Assembly: GCA_002189035.1 (NCBI GenBank)
Contig: NEEC01000110.1
Span: forward strand, 1-30,282
Length of the DNA: 30,282 nt
Direction of reading: 5' to 3'
Source: Utricularia gibba
Taxonomy: Eukaryota > Plantae > Magnoliophyta
Positions 21,378-30,282 of this stretch are shown here, in pieces. The stretch's first letter is position 1, and each line of letters starts with the position of its first letter. The position numbers were made by a program, and so were the translations under genes. The notes beneath the pieces are model-generated. The model made no database searches. It saw only the letters and a program-made list of their open reading frames with translations, and had not been told where the DNA came from.

Positions 21378-24004
21378 TCATCTGCTTGCTTTTGGTTGTG
21401 ACGGAGACAAGACAAAGACTGAAGCTGCGGACTCAACATGGGTAAGAAGATAATCGTAGATCTTCTTCCTTATCCGGTCGATGGTCTCTGGAGAAATATG
21501 GGGTGTTTCTTCATCCTTAGCTGATCCAATTTCATCCAGCCAATGATTCACACTCTTTAACTGACTGAGCATTCCTGCTATCTGGCCACTGTTGGACAGG
21601 GACGAGCAACCAACATCTGCATCAAAAAATCGCTCGACGAAGCCTAAGAACCATTCTTGAGACTGCAACCGAAGTTTTTGGGAGAGCTCCAGAGCCTCGT
21701 CGAGGCCATCTCCTTTAGCCCACTCTATCAGAGAGGCGCTTGTCCCCTGTTTGCTGCTCTGCTTGTGCATGGCTCCAGCAGAGACATTCTTGGGATTTGT
21801 GGTAGCTGATGCTTTGATCACCGCTTTGGGTCCTTTGCTCTTACCAGGGTTCTCGAGAACGACGGTTTGATCACCGGAGAAAGTTTTCGAAACAGAAGCA
21901 ACTTCTGCCAACCCTGAACTCAGGGTGTCCCCTGGTTTGCTGTATACCGTGAAGGATGACAGATTGGTGGCTATAGCAGCATTCACCCAGGAAGCTGCTT
22001 GCTTAGCCCCTTCCGATGTTATCTTTACCAATTCCTCTGGGAGATTTCCATCACCATCAGAGAAATCGACCGAAAGAACTTTCGACAGAGCATCTGCCAT
22101 AAGATTGGTTTTTTTCAGGCTTGCATGCAGTGAAAGGAACTGCTCCACAGCAGGTTGAGGGTTATCTTCTCTTGCAGACAAACTCATTTCGGAGAAGATG
22201 CTGCACAGGTGAAAAAAACAGGCCGCTGAGTAGATTAATAGGAGTGTCTTGGATCATTTCAAGTCATTGGTATTCAGCAGCTAGGAAGGCAAAATGATGC
22301 AGCATTTCAATTCACAAAATGGGTGACATCGAACTTGTTTCACAAGACGTGATGATACCATACCAATGAAAAGCAAGCAATATAATGGAGTTGTTCATGC
22401 CGATGCGGTCAGCAGATTGGTGAAGAAGATTCTGTATGTGTAAGCAAATTCAGAGATACCTTAAACACTGAAGAAGAGTTTCACAAATGGAGCCTTCCAG
22501 GATCGCTTCTATGGCAGCTGTCTGTGCAGAATCTCTATTTTTCAAGACTTCCTGTTCATTCAGACAACTCCACGGATTCAGTACATAAGAACACTGAGAG
22601 CCATAGTGATGTTTCAAGTCCAAGAGGAAGTTAGAGCTTCTGAATATATCCATCTTATGTATAAAAATGAAGGTATGTACCTTCCCTAACTTTGCAAGAG
22701 ATGGAGGCAGCGAAGTCCATGAAACTCTTGGTTCTGGAAGCTTCCTTCTACTTATCCTGACCTTGAAGAAATTTCCAGGAAGCCCATGATTCGCAGCTTC
22801 TCCGGGCGGATTCTTCCCAAATGAACTTCGTGCAGCGGACTTTACAACATCAGGTGAATCTCTATTTACAGATGCTTTCGTCCCAGCTGAGTTTCCCTTG
22901 ACTTCCTCTTTCGCTGGCATTGAATACACAAGTTTATCATCACTTGTTGATGGCAACCTTTCAGTTATCAACTTTCTAGGTACCTGCATCAACAAATGAT
23001 AGATAAGCAAAGGAATGGGAAACCAGAATATGAAAAGAACTTACAGAGGAAGCTGGATCCTCAAATTTCATATCCTGCTTATTAAATTTCAGTCGAGGGG
23101 TTTCCCTGTTCTTGGAATCAGCATTACCATTCCAGCTCTTTCTTAAGGATCTGGGGACCAATTCAAGTCCATGAACACCATCCTTGATCGACTTACAACT
23201 CAACATTTTATTCCCTCCAATAATTGCCTCACGAACATAGCCCGGCTTTTCTTTTAAGCCTGAAACTGCATTCCCCTTCTCCAACTTATCCATCTCCCTT
23301 ACCCGTCCCTGTTGCTTAATCCCAGTGGTAAACTTCTTGAAAGAAGTTGGCATTGAATAACAACTAGTAGGAGAAGAAGGCGTGGACCGTGAAACCGAAG
23401 GCTTCAAATTTCCACCAGATTCTTTTGTCACGCCCAAAGGTAAACCTTGCTTCATTTGCTGTGACTTGGACCGATTCATTTCAGGGCTCTTGTTGTCCAC
23501 TATATCTTTGTTAACACTAAGATCAAATCTAGAAGGCCTAAGTTTAAATTCCTTCACTGAAGCATCTCTAGTTTTCTCACTTGATTTCGATCTACCAGGC
23601 GAATTTAAATCATGATCGTTGCTAAGAAATCCCAATGCATGGGTAGCAACCAGATCTTCAGGCGTCCCTACACAGGGATGACGCCCCGGAACCGGCCTAA
23701 CACCTTTGAGAATAGGCACAGGAGAAGCAGCCTCAAGCCTATCGACATGTATAAACTGCCCCAACTGCAACTTATCACTGAGAATCAGATCATCTTGCTC
23801 ATCCGGCAGGGACACATAAGTAGCATGAGAGGAATCAGAGACCTTGAGATAAAATCCCTGATTCGGGAATAGCTCACCTCCTGCTAGCGCAGGAACAATG
23901 CTTACCACCTGCAACAAGGAGGAACGATGCTCCCCTGCAACTTTCACATCTGTATTCATATGCTGGAGTAGCTTCAACAAAACCCCAGGTATTAAATTCG
24001 CCAT
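21378..24004 (-). CDS. CORD1: DUF936 protein (CORTICAL MICROTUBULE DISORDERING, CORD1/At1g08760-like), 725 aa, 4 exons
   Basis: Exons 24004-23045, 22983-22681, 22551-22460, 22200-21378 sum to 2178 nt (726 codons). The N-terminus [64 protein letters not shown]...GRHPCVG.PED and the C-terminus [17 protein letters not shown]...[12 protein letters not shown] are DUF936 hallmarks. Confidence 0.92.
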
Positions 24005-24583
24005 CTTTCTCGATGAACACCAGGTGCTTCACTTTCAAGAAACACCCAGAACCAGAACTCTCCGGGATACCGCAGAGTAAACTTTCTTTTGTGTAGAAAA
24101 CAGGTTCAATTGTAAGGTATACTGTCAAATTAGTTACGAATAACGACAACCGGAGAAGACGCCAGATTTGTGAAAAGGCTACGGAACCAAACACATCGAA
24201 AATTGAAATAACTGATGAAGAAATGCGAACAAACAGACACCTTGGTTCAGTTCGCAAAACTTAAAACTACCAAAACTGCATAAGAAATCGCAATAAAGAA
24301 ACCGGCAACTAGCGAAAACGAGGCTTGCTACTAAGCAGTGAGCACAACCCAGATGAGGATGGAGAATGTGGCTGCTAGGCAGCAGGGTAACATCCCTAAC
24401 CTACACTAAAAGAATTCATTTTTGGTAGCAAGAAAGCATCTTTTCAACCAGAAAGAGGTGAAAAGAAGAGAGATTCCAAGGTGCAGAAGATGGGGCGCCA
24501 AATTTGACGATCGTAGAGAATCCCTGCCACTGTAGAAGTAAAGAAGCCGAAGCCCCACTCCCCTGATCGCTGCAGAGCTCCTG

Positions 24584-24591
24584 CTATATAG
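24584..24591 (-). promoter_or_regulatory. Possible TATA box for the DUF936 gene
   Basis: Palindromic CTATATAG about 580 nt upstream of the ATG, followed on the minus strand by a CT-rich leader-like region. No transcript data to confirm. Confidence 0.35.
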
Positions 24592-25750
24592 CGGCACCTT
24601 TGGCCTGTTTATTTCCAACGCCACAACGGGGAGTTCTAAAACCCACCGTGTCGGTATCGGACACGCCAGCACTCCCCCCAAAAACCCGAGGGTCAAATAT
24701 TGTTAAAAAGTAGTTTTTTGGGGTATTTTTATATCAATATTCAACACTGCCGAATGTCGTAATATCATTGGTTGGAGGAAAGCACGGGCCCACCCTGAAT
24801 TAGCTAATTTATAATATAATAGTAATTAATTATTCGAATTAATAAATTAAATCGCGGAAAAATAAATCATAACTACCAATTAATAAGCCGTGTCGAGTTG
24901 TGACGGTTCTTAGAAGCGACACGTAGAGGCACAAAGTGGTCCGAAGGAAATAATCATGACTCATGAGCCACCTACTTAGGGTAAATAATTAAACAAATGA
25001 TTCTTTGTCTAAGAATTACCAAGCTCTCCTTTAATAAAATGTTTTAATTTACTTGATATTAAAATTACTTTAGATAAATATAAAATGTTTTTTTATAAAA
25101 ATTGTTATTTAAATAATAGATATTTGTTGTAGATTTAAGAACTTTTTTATCATTATATATATATAATATTATTTATTTTATCATTATAGTATTTTTTTCA
25201 TGTCATGACATATGTTATTGTTCAATTGGTATACTCAACTTTTATGATTTCATATTTATCTTTTGAGAAAAATGCATCATTCAAGATAAAAATATTTATT
25301 TATTTAAACAGATATTTTACTTTGTTCATAACTGATGTGAGATAATATCATCATACATTTATTTTTATATTCTCTCCCACTTATATAATTTGAATACTAG
25401 TTGAGCATCTCTCATAACATCATTGGTACATACTCAAATTAAGCTCTAATATCAAATGAAGACACACACTCGTCTTATACAATATTATTTGTTTCAAACA
25501 TATAATTTTTATGATTTTATGTTACCTACTCACAAATAAAAGATATTATACAAAATTATGACATTAATTCTATTTAAATCATTTTCAATGCTTGTAACCG
25601 TCACCCAACCATTACTATTACATTTATTGTGATGTTAATTAAACTAACTTGATAAATGTGTGTTGACAATGTTAAATAAGAAAGTTAATTAAAATAGTAT
25701 AAAACATTATCACTTTATCAAATATACATAATTTAATATAAAGTAATCCT

Positions 25751-26166
25751 TTATGTCCCACCAAATGAATAATCCACCAGAAACTGAAAGACTCATTATT
25801 TAGTTGGGTATGATTTTCTTTCACAGAATCGAATCGAATCACAACACTCTAATCGAATGCAGCTCCATACCGAACATGCAAATGGCGATTCATTGGGCCC
25901 CTTATCGAACCTAACTCACGTTCTCTTCCAACAACCGAACGGACCCGTAGGAGGCTCGGTCGGTGGCGATGTGATGGTTCATGGAGCGGGAGCCCTCTCC
26001 GGCGGACCGGCGATGGCGGGGGGCCTCCCGAGGATGGCTACCGGCGACCTAGAGATGTTGCATGCCGTACCCGCAATCTGATAGACCCTAAACAGTGACA
26101 TGTGCGCCAGGGAAGAGAAGAGAAGAGAAAGGGGCACGCCCCATGCACATGCACATGCGCCATGCC
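25751..26166 (-). other. GC-rich island of unknown identity: possible small spliced gene or captured exon with an RY-motif cluster
   Basis: Minus strand: open frame 26048-25920, donor AAC|GTGAGT at 25919, acceptor TCTTTCAG ending at 25784, then FLVDYSFGGT* (25783-25751). A 74-aa ORF lies on the plus strand (25857-26081). CATGCA CATGCA CATGCG C CATGCC at 26142-26166. Confidence 0.35.
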
Positions 26167-26351
26167 ACCGAATATTTATTTAATTCAAGGGCCCCAGGGG
26201 CAACTTGCTTCTAGATGGCTAGCCAAAGCCAAGCATCATTTGAGATATTATTGAAGCTTGGTGTGTTCAAGTGAAGTCCCCAATATTGTGATCATGGGCT
26301 TTGATGCAGCCCTTTTGGATTATCGTTACCATTAATCTTATATCTAAATAA

Positions 26352-26579
26352 GTGTTTTAAAATATTTTTAAAACTTATTTTTATTTTTCAGAAGTAAAAA
26401 TAATTTTATTCTAAAACACTTTTAATTGTAAAAGAAATTCTATCAAAAATAATTTTAAAATTATAACTACAAGAGTTATTTTTGGGAAAGTAATAATTTG
26501 ATTACTTTTACTATTTATTTTTATTTTTCAAAAATAATTTTAAAAAGTAAAAATAGATTTAAAAAAATTTCCAAAATAC
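26352..26579. mobile_element. Possible degenerate non-autonomous MITE (Tourist/PIF-Harbinger-like)
   Basis: 228 bp flanked by TAA on both sides (26349-26351 and 26580-26582). Imperfect ~38-bp terminal inverted repeats: GTGTTTTAAAATATTTTTAAAACTTATTTTTATTTTT versus the reverse complement GTATTTTGGAAATTTTTTTAAATCTATTTTTACTTTTT. The sequence is very AT-rich, so a chance match is possible. Confidence 0.35.
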
Positions 26580-27531
26580 TAATTAATTTTTAGATTTACA
26601 CAGAATCCGAATTATGTAACCAAATGTTAAGGAAGGCATACCCTTATCATGTTGTATAGTATTTGACATTGGTTTGTTTATCTTTTTTAGAAATCATTTG
26701 ATAATAAGATATTAATATATTTAAATATAATATAATTAAGAATGTATATATTCAATTATATTTAACATTTAATATATAAAAATAAAAGTCTAAATATATA
26801 ATTAGTATAGATACAATTAATCTTATTTTTTTATTTGTGTAAACCTACCAGCATATTCAAAAAATAAATATATCATTCATACAAAATTAAGATACATCAT
26901 TAATTAATCAAAAAACAACATATGTTTAAATTTGAATATAAACATTTTATACTATATTATCAAATATCTTATTAAGAAGATATATGTTCCAAATGGATAC
27001 TACCCATCCAAATATGCAGCTGTGGGGGGGCAACTATTCTATCACATACGAGGTTACTTTCACGGGCAAAAACATTCAACAAGTGAAGCTTTTTTTCTTT
27101 TTGGCATGTGGTGAAGATTCATTCACAAGCATCATCAATCATACACTTCCCTATCAAACTTCTGTAGCTGTCGTTGGGTGCAACTACACGATGATGAGAT
27201 TCGTTTCTGGTTCTTACAGAAAACAACAGCTGAAAAGGCAAGGGTTTTCTAGGTGTGCGCTCTTCTCCTTCAAGGGTTCAAGTGATTAGACACATGTCTT
27301 TCATTTTATATTTTGATAAAAAAGATAGGAGTCGAGGCAACCAGGAAGCATGCCTGAGCAATGGTGGCAACTTTGGAGATAAAGAGAGATGAGGTTGGCG
27401 ATCACATTAGTCAGATAAGCAACTCTTTAGAAGCACGAAACAAGGAAAAGCAAATACCCCAACCGGATGGTTCAACTCTGAACAGCAGTAGAAGAAAAGG
27501 AATAAACCCTCTGAAGCTCACACTTTCAGGC

Positions 27532-28363
27532 TCAAAGGTCTTGGACACTCAAACCTGGAAAATAGGGAGAAGGATTCTGTCAAACCAAGGCAGCATACTT
27601 GGTGATTCTAGCAATCTCACAACATAAAAAAGCATGCTCAATCAAAACATTAACAACAGGAACACTAGCCCATATGGTTAATGGAAACAGACGTTACCAG
27701 TGGCAAGACCGTATAGGAACCGAGTACAAAGATGCAGAGTGGATAAATCACCTGGTGGCAAGGACTGCTTCAGCTTGTCCGCTTTCTCTGGATCAAAGAC
27801 ACAGAGCGTGTACAAATACTTGGAGCACCTAACCTTGAACTTCACTACATCCTTGCTTCTCTTGATCTTCACAGATCGAGCATCCTTCCGGCGGGCGGTC
27901 AAGAGGAAATCCTTTATCTCGTGAATTTGCTTCGGCTGACAATCAAAGAAGGGAACCGAACATAAGACATTCAACTAGAGATGACTCCATGTTTAAAATT
28001 ACCCGAACCCAAAATCCCAAAATGGCAACATTCTATCCACCTTCGGCAATCCAAACGAATAATACACACCAAAAAAAAAAAAAAATCGTCATAACGTAAC
28101 CTAAATTATACAGAAACAAAAAAGAGGTAAAACATCGACTACACGCATCTCCCGATCAAAGAAAAACAAGCAATAAGCAACGAAAAAGCTACAAAATTGT
28201 ACATGACTGCAGTATAACTACAGAATATCTCAAAACCAGTCCGTGATATCAAAGACTCTATATTGTCCCTAGAACCACGGAAAATCACATCAACTAGGCG
28301 TAAAAGATCATGAGAACGCTAAAAAAAACTGAAGGACATGCCAAATTTTGAGAGATTCACCAT
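27532..28363 (-). CDS. RPL38: 60S ribosomal protein L38 (eL38), 69 aa, 3 exons
   Basis: ATG-only exon 28363-28361, then 27935-27752 and 27554-27532, totalling 210 nt. Translation [69 protein letters not shown]. Confidence 0.97.
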
Positions 28364-28613
28364 TTTTGCAGGCCCTCTGGTTGCCGTCCTTGGAAAAGGA
28401 GTAGGAATCCCCGTTTGATGCCTTTTGAGGAGTCGTCAAAGAACCCTAGTGGGCTGTCACAGGGCCCATGGTCTTCATATGACAAAAAGATAGCAAAATA
28501 CCAGGAATCAACAGCCCAATAAAAAAGCCCAAATAATTGGGCCCGTTAAATGACTATAAATCAGTAATTAGGGTTTGGTTTCCTCTTCGTCGCCTCCAGG
28601 AACAGAGAAGGCA
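28364..28613. promoter_or_regulatory. Compact bidirectional ribosomal-protein promoter (site II x5, two telo-boxes, TATA)
   Basis: AACCCTA 28442-28448, TGGGCT 28450-28455, GGCCCA 28463-28468, AGCCCA 28513-28518 and 28526-28531, TGGGCC 28538-28543, TATAAA 28555-28560, TAGGGTTT 28569-28576. Confidence 0.8.
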
Positions 28614-29122
28614 ATGGGTAAGGAGCGTGTGCTTGGATGTTGTTTGCCCAAGGATGATCCCGTCTAATCGTTGCATTGCTTGCAGCTCGGATCAAGGTTC
28701 ACGAACTCCGGCAGAAGAACAAAGCGGAGCTGCTGGGGCAGCTGAAAGATCTGAAGGCGGAGTTATCGCTTCTACGGGTGGCGAAAGTCACCGGCGGCGC
28801 TCCTAACAAGCTCGCAAAAATCAAGGTTGTTAGGCTGTCGATTGCCCAGGTACTCACGGTGATTTCGCAGAAGCAGAAAGGCGCTCTCAGGGAAGCCTAC
28901 AAGAACAAAAAGTACCTACCTCTGGATCTCCGCCCTAAGAAGACGCGAGCCATTCGTCGTCGTCTCACCAAGCATCAGGTACTTTCTCGAATTCTTTCTG
29001 GTTTTGTGAAGATTGGAAATTGACGAACCCGAACATAAATGTGGTAGGCATCTTTGAAGACAGAGAAACAGAAGAAGAAGGAAATGTACTTTCCCCTTAG
29101 AAAGTATGCCATCAGGGTTTGA
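28614..29122 (+). CDS. RPL35: 60S ribosomal protein L35 (uL29), 123 aa, 3 exons
   Basis: Exons 28614-28617 (ATGG), 28686-28978 and 29048-29122 total 372 nt. Translation [51 protein letters not shown]...[42 protein letters not shown]. Confidence 0.97.
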
Positions 29123-29322
29123 GTTTTGTGATATGGTGAAGGCAATTATTGTTACCTCTTTCGCTTCAACTCGATGTTTGTTTGATTCAGCATTGTCTCG
29201 GACAGATGTTCTGTTATCCAGGAATTTACCTTGAGAAGTTCAGCCTCATATTTGCGTTAGTTCTCTCTTCCATAGTTTTGTAGTCTGCTATTCAGATGAA
29301 GCATTCAGGGCACGCCAAGATT

Positions 29323-29766
29323 ACTCACATACCAGTGAATCTGGAAGTATATAGATTTAGGCATTGGGGAGAACTCGTTCATTTTCATAACAATTTTAGG
29401 GTTTGCTTCTCCGAGCCTTTTGACGGCAGCAGCAGTTTCTCGGATTTATTTCTCCAGTTCTGTTGTTACCCAAGCGATTGGAATTCGACGGTCAATGCCT
29501 ACCGTTGTCTCGCTGTATCCATGACTGGAGACATCGATGCCCACTTCAGGGGGACTCATGCAACCGTAGCTGCGGTTTCACTGAGGGTAAGACTCTCCTC
29601 CTGCCGTCCATTGTCGAAGGCGGCGGGAGTAACGGGTGGTTGTTGTGATTATTAAAAGCATGAAAGTGGGAGTCGACGGGGTAGCCGGAGTCCGGCGAGG
29701 GCGGCAGCAGAGAACCAGAATCGAGCAATGGAACAAGGAAAGGGGAAGAAGAAAAGTGCGATTCAT
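29323..29766 (-). pseudogene. Possible decayed first exon of an unidentified gene, convergent on RPL35 and divergent from bZIP60
   Basis: A protein-like reading (…MDGRRRVLPSVKPQLRLHESP/EVGIDV…TTELEK*IRETAAAVKRLGEANPKIVMKMNEFSPMPKSIYFQIHW) is recovered with one extra base in the C5 run (29553-29549) and one TAA (29448-29446). It ends at donor-like GTATGT (29332) / GTGAGT (29328). No family recognised. Confidence 0.35.
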
Positions 29767-29810
29767 CTTACAATCATGTCTTTACTAAGTTAATTTAGAA
29801 TGCAAACCCC

Positions 29811-29929
29811 AAACCCTAAATTGGACGGATTCCCAAATTGATCAGCTCATTTATTGGTTGGACCATGGTGCAGTGCACCTATCAAGAAACATTCGCCCGA
29901 ACTCGCGTTTTGATTGGCGGGATGACGTC
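29811..29929. promoter_or_regulatory. Telo-box, two CCAAT boxes (as ATTGG) and a UPRE/CRE-like GATGACGTC upstream of the probable bZIP60
   Basis: AAACCCTA 29811-29818, ATTGG 29853-29857 and 29913-29917, GATGACGTC 29921-29929. Confidence 0.5.
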
Positions 29930-30078
29930 CATAACCACCGTCTCCTTTGAAAACCCTTCCCCGAGAAGGGATCGGAAACTTCTAAGGTCGGAGCTTTCAC
30001 CGCTGTCTTCTTAAAATATCGCTACTTTTCGCATAGATTTCGAGTGAATTCAATCTTCAGTGTTGTTATTGATCGACG

Positions 30079-30282
30079 ATGGAATTAGGCAGCTCCGAAT
30101 TTGAGCTAGATTGGGCTGCGTTCTTGAAAGATGGATCAGATTATCTCAATCTTGATTTCATGGAGCAATCTACCGGTGTTGGGTTTTCCTCTACGCCAGA
30201 TTCGGGATGCGCCTTCTCCATCGGCGATCTGGAGCGGTTTCTTATGAACGATGAAGGTGAAATGGATCAGAATATTTTAGCT
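30079..30282 (+). CDS. bZIP60: 5' part of a probable bZIP60 (ER-stress transcription factor); runs off the window end and is absent from the ORF track
   Basis: Open frame MELGSSEFELDWAAFLKDGSDYLNLDFMEQSTGVGFSSTPDSGCAFSIGDLERFLMNDEGEMDQNILA. The acidic N-terminus with IGDLERFLMND resembles the bZIP60 activation-region motif (IGEIENQLMND in Arabidopsis, as recalled). The bZIP domain itself is outside the window. Confidence 0.6.
   Translation, partial: MELGSSEFELDWAAFLKDGSDYLNLDFMEQSTGVGFSSTPDSGCAFSIGDLERFLMNDEGEMDQNILA

Noticed and set aside
24406-24696. 96-aa minus-strand ORF upstream of the DUF936 gene
   Set aside because: Non-ATG start, spans the likely TATA/TSS region, and has no domain features.
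26106-26117. GCCAGGGAAGAG is the exact complement of the 3' 12 nt of miR408
   Set aside because: The part pairing with the miRNA 5' end and cleavage region (GCAGTGCAT) is replaced by a GAAGA repeat, and I see no miR408 hairpin arm. It is neither a credible target nor a precursor.
26191-26214. GCCCC-A-GGGGC palindrome 9 nt before CTAG, resembling a Helitron 3' end
   Set aside because: The stem is too short, CTAG is followed by A rather than T, and I cannot define a matching 5' TC end.
27190-27235. ATGATGA ... CTGA, a possible C/D-box snoRNA
   Set aside because: The boxes are only about 45 nt apart, with no terminal stem and no rRNA-antisense element I can identify.
1-30282. tRNA, rRNA, CRISPR array, organellar insertion or transposase/retroelement coding sequence
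   Set aside because: I found no T-loop/cloverleaf, rRNA-like tract, regularly spaced repeat-spacer array, or RT/integrase/transposase motif on reading either strand. A tRNAscan-SE, Infernal and RepeatMasker run would be the definitive check.

Overview
This is a gene-dense window from a flowering-plant (eudicot-like) nuclear genome. It has short GT-AG introns and very AT-rich intergenic DNA. I assembled gene models by hand from splice sites and reading frames; homologue names come from memory, not a database search. In order: (1) a 14-exon CMP-sialic-acid/nucleotide-sugar transporter gene (+) with two apparent 1-nt deletions; (2) a collapsed ARI7/ARI8-type RBR E3 ligase pseudogene (+); (3) an intact NLP8/9-type NIN-like transcription factor (-, 941 aa) with two short uORFs; (4) an intronless P-type PPR gene (+); (5) a fructokinase (+, 328 aa); (6) a DUF1336/EDR2-like gene (-); (7) an uncharacterised 233-aa gene (+) behind a site II/telo-box promoter; (8) a DUF936/CORD1-like gene (-, 725 aa); (9) RPL38 (-) and RPL35 (+) head-to-head across 250 bp; (10) the 5' end of a probable bZIP60 (+). 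Two GC-rich islands (about 25.75-26.17 kb and 29.3-29.8 kb) look like unrecognised or decayed minus-strand exons. I found no tRNA, rRNA, CRISPR array or autonomous transposon. I cannot support a wholly new multi-gene system from this sequence; the most useful leads are the lesion cluster in the first two genes, the shared ribosomal-protein promoter and the two orphan exon-like islands.
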